Assembly (NCBI GenBank): GCA_965261395.1 | Contig: OZ253462.1 | Span: forward strand, 2,816,001-2,880,000 | Origin: Candidatus Latescibacterota bacterium | Lineage (GTDB): Bacteria; Latescibacterota; UBA2968; UBA8231 | Direction: 5' to 3' | DNA: 64,000 bases | Shown here: positions 9,451-20,168 of the stretch, piece after piece | Layout: every line of letters starts with the position of its first letter | Position numbering within the stretch: the stretch's first letter is position 1 | Position numbers and translations under genes: made by a program | Notes under the pieces: generated by a model | The model's input: the letters and a program-made list of their open reading frames with translations, nothing else | What the model was told of the DNA's origin: nothing | Database searches by the model: none

Positions 9451-10380
9451 TCAATCCAACTGGCCTTGCAAATGGCTCTTAATCCGCCCCCACGAGATGT
9501 CCTCCACAGCCGACGGCTCGTCGGTACCTAAGCCGATCCAATCGAGCATCTGGTCGCCCTTTTGGTCTTGCGCAGCGGCCGCTCCCAAGACTAGCACGTT
9601 GTGCCGGAACGGCGATGCCTCATCCGAGGCCACTGGCTCGCGATCGTTGAACTTGGGGCCGACGTGTATCACCTGATCTTCCTGGAACACGTGGCGCACG
9701 CTCTCCTCGGGCGTCGTTGCATAGGTATCCCACAGAGCGCAGCGGAACTCCATAGTCCACGTGACATTGGTCGATCCGTGCTCGGCCCCCGATGGCAGCA
9801 GGGTCCAGCCCACCTCAAACCAAGGCGTTGACTCGCCGTTGTACACATCGGAGCTCCAGCCGATCTCCGGCAGGTCGATGTATTCGAGCTGGCTGTTGTA
9901 CGCGACCGGCTGACCCGGCCCCGGATTGACGCGGAGGTGGTAGCGCTGGCCATTGAATACGTGGTCCAAGTTTTCGCCTAAGAAGTCGCCGCCCGAGTGA
10001 TCGGCATCAAACGTGATCTGGATGATGTCATCCGACCACCAGCGCTTCTGATCGGATTCGAGCAGCTTGAGCGTGTCGTCGGCCACCACAGCGTAGAAGT
10101 AGAACCGATTGTCCGGCGGCGCACTCCACGCCATCCAGAAGGCCGCGTTGAAATCCTCGCGCGAAATCTCTTCGCCCTGCTGGCCAAACATCTGATCCGT
10201 GGTGATGGCAAATTCCTCTTGGTCGAGCCAGCCCCAGTCGTCGTCATTGCCGTCCATGACCATAGAAGCTGGATCGGGCACCTGCGGATAAAAATACTCG
10301 GTCCCCACGTGCCCCCAAGCGATCGTGCTGACGAGGAGCACCAAGGCTCCTCCCAAAAGCATCTGTGCATGCGCTCTCAT
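9451..10380 (-). CDS. Secreted CBM9/DOMON-like sugar-binding protein with C-terminal AVE..SWGRIK motif
   Basis: Signal peptide; MDGNDDDW, FYFYAVVADD, DDIIQITFDADHSGG; ends SAVEDISWGRIKSHLQGQLD. Confidence 0.65.
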   Translation of the reverse strand: MRAHAQMLLGGALVLLVSTIAWGHVGTEYFYPQVPDPASMVMDGNDDDWGWLDQEEFAITTDQMFGQQGEEISREDFNAAFWMAWSAPPDNRFYFYAVVADDTLKLLESDQKRWWSDDIIQITFDADHSGGDFLGENLDHVFNGQRYHLRVNPGPGQPVAYNSQLEYIDLPEIGWSSDVYNGESTPWFEVGWTLLPSGAEHGSTNVTWTMEFRCALWDTYATTPEESVRHVFQEDQVIHVGPKFNDREPVASDEASPFRHNVLVLGAAAAQDQKGDQMLDWIGLGTDEPSAVEDISWGRIKSHLQGQLD

Positions 10381-10549
10381 GTAATTTTCCTCGTTTTAGA
10401 GTAAAAACGACTCGACAAAAAGCATGCTACTCGCCTGTTCTAAAGTTCCTCCTTTCTCGGCGCGCAATGGAAACGACGAGTAATATATATATAGCCCCGT
10501 AGATCGGACAACTACAGCTATAGCTCAATCCAATCACTTCCCCGTTACT

Positions 10550-13530
10550 TCACGCCGCGTTTTCGTAATACGGCGACGGCACCGTTGGATAGGCGCGGAA
10601 CACGTGCCGGAATATGTCGTCCGTCTTGGTTCCGACTTCGGCTTCCGAGTAATCGTCAGGCGGTAAGCCGGTTTCGTCGCTCCATAGGAAATTACGGATC
10701 GCAACACGGACGGCATCTCGGGTCGCCTCCTTGTCGCGCCACTGATTCACGCGCAGCTTCTCGGCCTTCAGCGTTTTCAGCAGTTCGACAGCCACTTGCT
10801 TGATCCGCTCGCGCTCCGACGCGCTCAGGTTCGCTTGAGCCCCTGCACGCCGGTGCGCCGGCGGTCACTGCGCCTGAACTCCTGCTTGAGCCGGACGAAG
10901 TCAATGCGGCTGATGTCGTAGAGGGGCCGATCAACCGCCATGTCCGACTGCACCGCGATCGCTTCACTGGCCACCTCGCTTAACGTGCGAAGGATGTCGC
11001 TGATGTCGGCCTGCTCCCGATCCCGCTGCAGGCTCTTATAAATGATGTCAATGGCGTCTCGGTCCGTGCGGTGGTCGTTGACGCCGGGTGCGTTGATGCA
11101 CGCCTTGAACTTCCTGAACACCTCGCGGCACATCACCTCAAAGCGCTGGCGGGTCTCGTCGTTCTCGTTGGCGACCTCTTTGCAGGAGACAATGGCGGCG
11201 TTGCGCGCGAAGCCGGTTTTGCCGATGACGTCGTCGAGCGGCGCTCCTCCCTTAACGAGAAAATCGCGCACCAGTGCAATCGCCTCGGCCAAATCGGCGA
11301 GCAGGTCCTCTTCCGGCTTGGCGGGATCGATTGCGCGGCCGTCACCGCCCGGTTCCGCGCCGGCAAATGTCGCCAGTGCTTGGCGCAGATGCTTGAGGAT
11401 GCCGCAGTAATCCACGATTAGCCCGTTGTTCTTGCCCTCGTTCACTCGGTTGGCGCGGGCGATGGCCTGCATCAGCGTGTGCGCCTTGAGCGGCTTGTCG
11501 AGGTAGAGCGTGGAGAGGCAGGGCACGTCAAAGCCGGTCAGCCACATGGCGCAGACAATGGCGATGCGAAACGGGTGCTCTGGCTCCTTGAAGGCATCGT
11601 CCAAGTCCATCCGCTGCTTGTTGCGGAACGATGGCTTGTCGCGCATGGACGCGGGCAGTTCCATGCCTACCTTGATAAGCCGGCGATGCGGTATAATATC
11701 CAAGTCCCACTTGCCGAACTTCTCTACCTCGCCCTGTTCCTCGCTCACCACAACGGCCATGCGCGTCTCGCGCATCCACGCGATCTGCTTTTTGGTCTGT
11801 TCGTCCTGCGTCTGTGCAAGCCCTGCTTCTAGCTCATTGGCGTACTCGTTCCAGTAAAACTCAATCAGCCGGTGCATCCGCACGCAGGTGATCTTGTCGA
11901 TGCAGACCAGCATGGCCTTGCCGGTCTCCCAAGCGGTCGAATAATGCCGCACGAAATCCCGCGCAATCTGATCGAGCCGCTCGCGAGCGATGATGACGTG
12001 GTAGCCTTGGGCTAGTGCCTTCTCCAAGCGCTGCTGCACGTCGATATCGTCGATTTCAAGCTCCTCCAACTTCGCGGCGATGCGCTCGTTCAGGTCGCCG
12101 ATGGCCACGTTCAGTTTGTCGCCGCGGGCGTCGTAGTAAAGCGGCACAGTGGCCTCGTCTTCTACGGCGCGCTGGAAGTCGTAGGTGGAGACGTACTCGC
12201 CAAAGACCCGCCGCGTGAGTTCGTCGTCCTTGAACAGCGGCGTACCAGTGAAGCCGATATAGCTGGCATTGGGCAAGGCGTTGCGCATGTTGATCGCTAG
12301 CGTGCCGTACTGCGTGCGATGCGCTTCGTCGGTGATGACGATGACGTCGTCGCGCTGGGTGTACGCCGCGCTGGGGTTCACGTTGAACTTCTGGATCAGC
12401 GAAAAGACGTACGCCTTGTGCTCGGCCAAGAGCCGACTCAGGTGTCGTCCGTCGGACGCCCGGCAGGGGTCGCGGTCGTGGTTCACTACGTCGCAGCCGG
12501 CGAAGGTCTTGTAGATTTGGCTGTCGAGGTCGTCGCGGTCGGTCAGCACCAGAAAAGTAAAATTGCCGCCTAGCTTGCGGTGTACCTTGCGGGTAAACAT
12601 CACCATGGAGTAGCTCTTGCCCGCGCCCTGCGTGTGCCAGAAGACGCCGAGTTTGCCATCCCGCGTTTTGCGCTTGTGCACGGCTTCGACGGCGCGGTTC
12701 ACGCCCAAAAACTGGTGGTTGCGGGCGAGGATTTTCCTCGTCGCGCCGAACGACTCATCGAAGAGGATGAAGTTCTCCACGAAATCCATGAAGTTGCGCT
12801 TGTCGCAGACACCCTTGAGCAGCGTTTCCATATCCACCACGCCCGGTTCCTCTTCTTCCAGCCGCTTCCACTCGTGGAAATGCTCCCATTGGCTGGTGAT
12901 GGAGCCGATCTTCGCCTGTTCGCCGTTGCCGAACATCACTATTGCGTTGTGGTGGAAGAGATGGGGGATGGTGGTCTTGTAATCCGAGAAGTTTTGCTCA
13001 AAAGCGGCCTTGAGGTTGCGGTGGATGTTCTTGCACTCGATGAACAGCAAGGGCAGGCCGTTGACGAAGCCCACGATGTCGGCTCGCCGGCGGTAGAGGT
13101 CGCCGCGCACCCACAGCTCACGCACGCAGAGGAAATGGTTGTTCTCCGGCGTCTCGAAGTCGAAGACCTTCAGCCGCTGCCGCACCCGCTCGCCCTTATC
13201 GTTGCGGAAGGCGACTTGCACACCGTCGCGCAGCAGGTCGTACTGCTCGCGGTTGGCAGCGACGAGGGTCTGCGAAGCGGCGGTGGCGGTAATCTGCTGC
13301 ACGGCAGCGTCATAAGCGGCGTCCGGCAGACCTGGATTTAGCGAGCGCAGCGCGGCGTACAGATAGCGCGTCAGCACGACCTCGCGGTCGGAGGCGCGGC
13401 CCAGCAGGCTGTTCGGGCCAAAATCTTCACTGTTGTAGGCGTAGATGGATTCCCAGCCGAGTTGTTGCTCTAGGTAATCGGCAGTGGTCTGCTGGACGAG
13501 GGTGTCTTCGGTGTAGGGCGTGGGAGTCAT
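10550..13530 (-). pseudogene. hsdR: Type I restriction enzyme R subunit, frameshifted by internal deletion near 10830
   Basis: RRADIVGFVNGLPLLFIECK, WHTQGAGKS, TDEAHR, GFTGTP, MWLTGFD, QAIARANR. The main frame stops at 10825 and the C-terminal domain (IKQVAVELL...FRAYP) is in another frame. Likely start ATG 13530. Confidence 0.85.
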
Positions 13531-13581
13531 TGGGTCTAATCCACACCGAGGTATCAATCGCTATCCGAGACGATCTGCGGA

Positions 13582-14379
13582 TTACAAAGCGACTTGATAA
13601 CGTCTTGGATCATCGACATTTGGATCAACCGCGATGCGGTCAGAGACCAAAGGCTTGAACTCCTTGCCGCTCATCGGCTTGTGCTTCTTCCAGCGGCCAC
13701 GCATTTCAATCAAAACGCGCTGCCTTGACGGTGCTGGCATAGGATTAACACGCACCACTTTCGCGTTGTAGTCATTGGGGCCTTCGGTCATCGCCATGGC
13801 CAAATCGCTCACGAGATAGCGCGGCGTCCAGCCGATCATATAGTAGTCCGTCGTCTGGATTTGTACGGCCAGCTTGGTCGCCGGATGGGTCAATTCGAGG
13901 GTTACGTACAGTTCCTCTTCTGGTTTCAGTTCATCAATCCGCTCTTGAGCCTCTTTACTTGCATGTTGCCAACTGTGCAGGAAGAAGCGACAGGTAAAAT
14001 AGCCGTCGGCATCCTTTTCGAGTTTCGGGAATACCTCATAGGAATCCGTGACGCGAGTGCCGCCATTGACCGATAGAATCTCGAAAGGGGTCGCATTCTC
14101 AGGAAGATCGAGATTGCTCAGATAGGCCATGCGGTCCGGCCTTCCCTGTGCAATGACGCGATTCCTGAACAACGCAAACAACTCTGAGGAGCGGTAATCT
14201 CCATACAACTCAGGGAAATCAATAAATGGAATATACCCAGCTAGTTTCGCGCCGACGATGTAGCGAAAGCGATAAAGCTCCGGCTCGATGATATCCAGCC
14301 TACCCACCGGAAACCATGGGTGGCTCTTCTTTCTTTTGTCCTGATCCTGCCATGCCAAGAACAAGGTCTTCGTGCTCAT
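13582..14379 (-). CDS. HIRAN domain-containing protein (type usually paired with a HipA-like kinase)
   Basis: TLFLAWQD..WFPVGRLD..YRFRY; ELFALFRNR; GGTRVTDSYEVFP; MIGWTPRYL. Confidence 0.75.
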   Translation of the reverse strand: MSTKTLFLAWQDQDKRKKSHPWFPVGRLDIIEPELYRFRYIVGAKLAGYIPFIDFPELYGDYRSSELFALFRNRVIAQGRPDRMAYLSNLDLPENATPFEILSVNGGTRVTDSYEVFPKLEKDADGYFTCRFFLHSWQHASKEAQERIDELKPEEELYVTLELTHPATKLAVQIQTTDYYMIGWTPRYLVSDLAMAMTEGPNDYNAKVVRVNPMPAPSRQRVLIEMRGRWKKHKPMSGKEFKPLVSDRIAVDPNVDDPRRYQVAL

Positions 14380-14623
14380 CAGACAATCTCCTTCAACTGT
14401 TCATAATTATAGTATAAACGCTTGGCCCTTGTCCGTCAGCCGATACTGCTGAAGGCGACTATTCGGCTTTTCTGGAATCGTGTATTCGATAGCTCCATCG
14501 CTTAGCAAGGCGCGGATAACCTTGTTGAGCTGGCCGGACACAGCTTTTTGCCCCAAGCCCCTGACTATATCCGATTTCGTCATGGGTCCTTTTTGCAACT
14601 GAGTAAGCACACGCTGTTCCAGT

Positions 14624-14658
14624 GACTCTGGCTGCGACTCTGGCTGCGACTCTGGCTG
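14624..14658. repeat. 12-bp tandem repeat x3 (encodes QPES)
   Basis: GACTCTGGCTGC repeated three times (last copy 11 bp). Confidence 0.85.
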
Positions 14659-15145
14659 GTACTGCCTCAGCCCCTCCTTAGTCCCGATTTGGTCTCCTAC
14701 TTCTGCGGTCGGCCTGAAAAAGGTCGTCGTCACCCAGTGCTCGGACACGTCGATTACCGGCTCTGCTACCCCGTGCTCTCGGCAAAGCTCGCGAATGCGC
14801 CGAATGCCGGAACCGATCTGCTCTACCACGTCCATTCGGTATAACATGCCGAACAGCAGCGGATTGCGCGGGACGCTCTTGGTGCCCAGAGCTGCTCCGG
14901 CATGGGTCATACGATCTTGTACATCGACTAGGCCGAGGTTTCGGAGGGCCACGAGCCGATCCATCGCCTCTGGAATTTTGGCGCGTTCACTAAACCGCGC
15001 CCAAGTCTCGTCATCAAGGTCTTTTTCCATGGAGAAAACTTCACAGGGCTTCTTGTCGAAATGAAGGCGTCCAACCGCGTAGAATAGGTTTTCCACTTCC
15101 GCATTCGACATTTGCTGACTGCTCGCCCCGTCGCGTATGAAGGAA

Positions 15146-15550
15146 TCAGCGGACCCAGTTTTCCAGCATGAGCCCGGGAACTTTTTCAAACTCTTTTACA
15201 TTATTGCTCACCAAAACCAGCCCGTACGCACGCGCCTGACCCGCGATCATCATATCGTAGGGGCCAATCGGAGCACCAACGCGATACAGTTCTGCACGGA
15301 TTCGACCAAAATGGCTGGCTGCAACTTGGTCAAACGGCATGATCTCAAGCCTAGTGCCCAGCGATTCAATATCCGCCAGATTGCGCTCGGGCTGGGCGGA
15401 GCGTTCAACGCCATAGACAAGTTCGCCCCAAGTTACGGAAGAAATCGCCATCTGACCTTGCGACCGATTGAATTTTTGTCGCAGCGATTGGGGGCGGTTC
15501 TTGATGGCATAAATCACCACATTGGTATCTAGCAGATACCTGAGCATCAC
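15146..15550 (-). CDS. vapC: VapC PIN-domain toxin
   Basis: YLLDTNV, ISSVTWGELVYGVE, PIGPYDMMIAGQA, SNNVKEF; overlaps vapB. Confidence 0.95.
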   Translation of the reverse strand: MMLRYLLDTNVVIYAIKNRPQSLRQKFNRSQGQMAISSVTWGELVYGVERSAQPERNLADIESLGTRLEIMPFDQVAASHFGRIRAELYRVGAPIGPYDMMIAGQARAYGLVLVSNNVKEFEKVPGLMLENWVR

Positions 15551-15783
15551 AGTTTTTCCCGACGTGCATCGGCCGGCTGTTCCCGTACCGACATAAAATC
15601 ATCCGAAACACCGGGTCCGTTGAACCACTCATCCCAACTCTCGCCAGCAGGTGTGATAACGCGCTTTGATCCTATCGCGACGATATCGACCTCGCGCACT
15701 GATTCCGGCAGTTCAACGGCCTTGGGCAGCCGCACCGCTTGGCTCTTGTTGCTCATAAAAACTTTCGTGTGTGCTGTTGCCAC
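15547..15783 (-). CDS. vapB: VapB AbrB-type antitoxin
   Basis: TKVFMSNKSQAVRLPKAV...ITPAGESWDEWF...SDDFM; GTG start at 15783 after a GAGGT RBS. Confidence 0.93.
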   Translation of the reverse strand: MATAHTKVFMSNKSQAVRLPKAVELPESVREVDIVAIGSKRVITPAGESWDEWFNGPGVSDDFMSVREQPADARREKL

Positions 15784-15940
15784 GCTATGACCTCGCTTCA
15801 ATTTAATTTGGATATACAATAAGCATATACAAAAGTGGTGAAGGCGCAAATATCCCGCCCGAGGTCGGAGGGCATGGCCTGTTTGAACTCGGTGGTGAAG
15901 CCTTAGCTGAGGGCGAGGAGGGCGGAGAGGGCTTGGGGGT

Positions 15941-17185
15941 TCATATTGTTATTTTGCCGTTCATCAGGCGCGGGAGAAGCAGGTCACGGGTTTGCGACAG
16001 GGATCTCATCTCTTTTTCTAGGGTATACATAAATCTGTATATCGACTCGGTCCTATTCTGGAAGAGTCTCAGTATCTGGTCTGACGGAACAAGTACAATA
16101 GCACGTTCAAAATCATCAGCTCTTACCGCTGGATAACCCGCTCCCGTAGCATGGTTCGCCAAATGGCCAACGAATTCATCGGTAGTGACGAGTAGATATA
16201 GATAGGTGAACGGGAAGGATACAGGCGAAAGGACAGTGAAGCCTGTTGAAAAAACGTCATTTTCTTCTGGATTGAGAACAAGCGCATATGCTCGCAAGTT
16301 CGGGCGAACATTCGACCATATTGTGTCGCCGGATTTGGCTTTTCTACGGGCACGCCCTGGGGCTTCAACAGATGACATTAGATTCTTTGCAACTATTCGA
16401 CCTAACTTGACTGATGATATATCAGTGTAATTAATATAATCCGGCAATTCGCCTGCCTTGTAGCTCTCAGCATTTGTTTCGACAATTTCACCCAGCGGCT
16501 TCCTCTCCCAACCCTCCGGCACACCGTCCTTGATCTTGACGTGCTCATGGCCAAGGAAGCGGAGGTGAACGAACCACTCCTTGTAGAGCAGCCGCGCCGC
16601 CTGCTCCAGCAACCGAATCCGCCGCCGATTATTCTCGATCAGGTCGTCGTAGGCGGAAACAACACCGATAATCCGTTCCTGGTGCTCCCTTGGGGGTAGG
16701 ACAACTGGCACCGACGCAAGAATCCTTTGGTTCAGATTCGGCATCGTCGCACCAATTGCATGCTGCGTCAAGTACGATCGTGTCTCATGGAGACCCAAGA
16801 ACCGAACCAGATAGCTGTTGTCACATTGAGGATGATTTAATCGTAGTAGCAAACATCCGGTGCCACACAGCCAACCGTCTTCCTTACCTGTTATGTACGC
16901 ACGACGTGTTACGTCACCACGCCGACTAAAAACAATGTCACCCACACGCATTACATGTCGGATCAGCCTGTCGCGATCTTGTCCATTAATTTGGGATATC
17001 CCGTATTCGCTGATCTCATTGTCACCAAGCTGTTGAGGCATGACAATGGGAATACCGTTCTCTACATAATCGTGAGCATGCAGTTGACTTCCAAAAGGGC
17101 CTGTTTGAATAAACCCTTCGCCGCTCTCGACTAGATCACCAAGGGTTGTTTGCAGGCTGCCTATAATCACTCCCCATTCTCCCAC
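15941..17185 (-). CDS. hsdS: Type I R-M specificity subunit
   Basis: Two TRDs separated by AYDDLIENNRRRIRLLEQAARLLYKEWFV; ends RDLLLPRLMNG. Confidence 0.93.
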   Translation of the reverse strand: MGEWGVIIGSLQTTLGDLVESGEGFIQTGPFGSQLHAHDYVENGIPIVMPQQLGDNEISEYGISQINGQDRDRLIRHVMRVGDIVFSRRGDVTRRAYITGKEDGWLCGTGCLLLRLNHPQCDNSYLVRFLGLHETRSYLTQHAIGATMPNLNQRILASVPVVLPPREHQERIIGVVSAYDDLIENNRRRIRLLEQAARLLYKEWFVHLRFLGHEHVKIKDGVPEGWERKPLGEIVETNAESYKAGELPDYINYTDISSVKLGRIVAKNLMSSVEAPGRARRKAKSGDTIWSNVRPNLRAYALVLNPEENDVFSTGFTVLSPVSFPFTYLYLLVTTDEFVGHLANHATGAGYPAVRADDFERAIVLVPSDQILRLFQNRTESIYRFMYTLEKEMRSLSQTRDLLLPRLMNGKITI

Positions 17186-18288
17186 CCCGACAACTCAGCC
17201 TCAATCTCTTCAACAGTAGGCAAACTACCTTTGAGGTCATCCGGCAACGAATCAACCAGCGTGGTCTCCCACTGCGCGACGCCCATCGGTTTCTCAAAAC
17301 CGCGCAGGGCATATTCGACCACCGTCCGATCCTTGCCCTTGCACAGCAGCAGCCCAATGGTCGGCGCGTCGTCCGGGTGGCGCATGAGATCGTCCACGGC
17401 GGACAAATACAGGTTCATCTGGCCGACAAAGGCCGGATCGAACGGCACGGCCTTGAGTTCCACGACGACAAAGCAACGGAGCTTGAGGTGGTAAAACAGC
17501 AAATCCGCGTAGAAATCCCGGTCGCCGACTTCCAAGAGCACCTGCCGACCAACAAAGGCGAACCCCGACCCCATTTCCAGCAGGAAACTCTGTATATGAT
17601 CCACGAGAGCCCGCTCCAACTCCCGTTCCACCCTCGGTGCCGCCGTGCCGAGAAAATCGAACAGATACGGGTCCTTGAACACTTGGGTCGCCATGTCGGA
17701 ATCGGCCGGTGGCAGCGTCCGAGGGAAGTTGGTGACGGCCCTGCCCTCGCGCTCGTGTAGCTTGGTCTCGATTTGTGTCAGGAGTACGCTTCTACTCCAT
17801 CCCTCCTGCCGGGTCTTTTCGGCGTACCATAGACGGGCGTGGCTGTCGGAGATCTTGTCCATGAGGACGACGTTCTGCCCCCACGGAATTTGGGCAACAA
17901 CCTGTTGCACAATTTCGCGGTCGGGCCAAACGGAGGCGAAAGTACGCATGTACTTGAGGTTGCGCGGAGAGAAACCCCGCAGGTCCGGGAACGCCTCCCG
18001 CAGGTTGTGCGAAAGCCGATCGATAGTTTTGGCCCCCCAGCCTTCCTGCTCTTGGCGACCGAGGATCGCTTTGCCGATATCCCAGTACAGCAACACCATC
18101 GCCTCGTTAGCAGCCGATACCACGCGCAACCGCTCCGAGCAGATGCGTTCCTTGATCTGCCCGAGCAGGACAGTATAGTCGGCGGGCAACTCGCCCTTTC
18201 CCGCGGGCGCGGGAAACGACGCCCCTTTTCGCTGTCGGCCAATGGACTTCCGGCCAGAATTCTCGGCACCTGATCGGTTCTTCGTCAT
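17167..18288 (-). CDS. yhcG: YhcG/DUF1016 PDDEXK nuclease domain protein
   Basis: LYWDIG, GWGAK, GFSPRNLKYMR, KDPYLFDFL, GFAFVGRQ, DLLFYHLKLRCFVVVELK. Confidence 0.92.
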   Translation of the reverse strand: MTKNRSGAENSGRKSIGRQRKGASFPAPAGKGELPADYTVLLGQIKERICSERLRVVSAANEAMVLLYWDIGKAILGRQEQEGWGAKTIDRLSHNLREAFPDLRGFSPRNLKYMRTFASVWPDREIVQQVVAQIPWGQNVVLMDKISDSHARLWYAEKTRQEGWSRSVLLTQIETKLHEREGRAVTNFPRTLPPADSDMATQVFKDPYLFDFLGTAAPRVERELERALVDHIQSFLLEMGSGFAFVGRQVLLEVGDRDFYADLLFYHLKLRCFVVVELKAVPFDPAFVGQMNLYLSAVDDLMRHPDDAPTIGLLLCKGKDRTVVEYALRGFEKPMGVAQWETTLVDSLPDDLKGSLPTVEEIEAELSGWENGE

Positions 18289-20120
18289 ATCCCCAACTCC
18301 TCAAAGTTCTCCTTAATGGTCGCCGCCAGCGTTACCGCCTCTGCATTGAGTTCGTCCAATTCCTCGTGAATCTCGCGCAGGGCCTCCCTGAAGTCGAAAT
18401 CCTCGTCCTCCTCCTCGGGCGCGACCCCTACATAGCGGCCCGGAGTCAGGCTCCAGTCGTTGGCCTCAATCTCGGCGCGATCCACCAGCTTAACCAGCCC
18501 TTCCACATCGCGCAGCTCAGCGTCCGGGAAGCGCTCGGTGAGCCAGTGGGCCTGCTGATAGAAGTAGCGCACCTGCTTGAGTTGCTCAACGGCTCGCTGG
18601 CGGGCCTCGTCGGCGGCCTTGCGAGCACGAGTGACACCACGGGCGTCATAGAAGACGCTGGACTTGGCATCGCACTCCTCCTCGCAAATCTCGATGAGGC
18701 GGGCAGCCAGCTTGTACAGGTGTTCGGCCTGTCCGGCAAGATCGCGGCTGCTCTCGGCCAGCGAGGCGAGGTCGTCAACCCTTGTTCGCATCGTGCCGCT
18801 GTCAATTTCCGGGCCGGCCCAAGCCTCCCCCTGTGCGGCGACTGCCTTTTGGAAAGCGTCCCCGTCAGCCTCAAAGTCGCGTATGGCTTTCGTCAAATTT
18901 TCGGACGCCTCGGCATGGGCACCTTCTGCACCCAGCGTATTGAGAAAAGGAACCAGCACATCCCGCAGGCTGTTGAGCGAGGCTAGAAAATTCGGCAGGC
19001 CCCGTTCACCCTCGGTGCTGAAACACCCCTTCCCCTCATCAAGGGCGCGGGCGCAGTAGCGCGACACCAGCTCGACAAAACGCTCGCTGTCGCCCCGATA
19101 GAGCCAGACGATAGCCAGCAAATTCTGCTGCTGTTCAGGGCTAAAGTCGCAGATCTTGCGCGTCACTTGGCGAAACACGTTGCGCGCGTCGATCATCAGC
19201 ACCTTGTCGCGGTGCGCCTCGGGCTTGGCACGGTTGAAAAACCACAGCTCGCACGGCACGGTGCGGGTATAGAAGAAGTTGCTGCGAATGGCGATCATCG
19301 CGTCCACATCGCCGCTCTCCACCAGCTTCCGCCGCACCTGTGCCTCGCCGCCACCAGCACTAGACGCCTGCGACGACATCACAAAGCCAGCTAGCCCCTG
19401 CTCGTTCAGATAGCTGTAGAAGTAGCTAATCCAGACGTAGTTGCCGTTGCTGACTTTGCCCTGCTTGTTGACACCAGGTAGGCCAAACGGCAAACGCGGA
19501 TCAACCTTCACCTTGTCGGCGTCGATTTCGTCCACATTGAAGGGAGGATTGGCCATGACGTAGTCGGCCCGCCCCACCAGTTCGTGCGGATCCTCGTAGT
19601 AGGTGATGGCCTTCTGGATGTCGCCTTCGAGGCCGTGGACGGCGAGGTTCATCTTGGCGAGGTGAATGGTGGTGGCGTTTTTCTCCAAGCCGCGGAAAGT
19701 GAGCCGCTCGGTGGGGCTTTGGCCTTGCTCCTCCACGGTGCGAGCACTCTGCACGAACATGCCACCGGAGCCGCACGCCGGGTCCAGCACAGTGCCGCGC
19801 TGCGGATTGAGAACATGGGCGATCAGCGACACTAGCGACACAGGCGTGAAGAACTCCCCGTCGTCGTGGGCCTTCTGATCGGCGAACTTGGTGAGAAAGT
19901 ACTCGTAGATGCGGCCGAAGACATCGCCGGAGACCTGCTTCAACTCATCCGGGTTGAGCGTGCGCAGGAGCTGGCCAAGGACGGAGCCGTCCAATTCCCG
20001 GTATTCGCTCTTGGGCAGGACGCCGCGCAGGCTGTCGTAGTCGTTCTCAATGGACTCCATGGCCGCGATGACAGCCCCGGCCCGGTCTGCGCCATCAGGC
20101 AAGGCGACGAATGACCCCAT
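18285..20120 (-). pseudogene. hsdM: Type I R-M methyltransferase subunit, 5'-truncated (catalytic motifs intact)
   Basis: GEFFTP, DPACGSGGMF, ANPPFN. Homology begins mid-N-domain at VALPDGADRA (~20110) and the sequence upstream is unrelated. It could still be translated from ATG 20120 or 20060. Confidence 0.75.
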
Positions 20121-20168
20121 ATATATCAGAAAAAACGCCGTTGACAGAGACACTTCAAGCGAACAACC

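Larger units (their letters stand above)
14407..15944 (-). pseudogene. AlbA_2 (Schlafen-like)/HATPase_c_4/wHTH regulator, interrupted by vapBC and internally deleted
   Basis: 5' piece 15944-~15836 reads MNPQALSALLALS*GFTTEFKQAMPSDLGRDICAF, and its ATG overlaps the hsdS stop. 3' piece reads FIRDGASSQQ...SVPRNPLL...EQIGSGIRRI...IPEKPNSRLQQYRLT. Confidence 0.75.

Noticed and set aside
9401-10432. GCATGCTACTC repeated at 9401 and 10422 flanking one gene
   Set aside because: Only 11 bp, one copy is a terminator loop, and there is no other sign of insertion.
14624-14658. QPES tandem repeat as a contingency locus
   Set aside because: The in-frame 12-bp linker repeat is common in this family and lies within a pseudogene.
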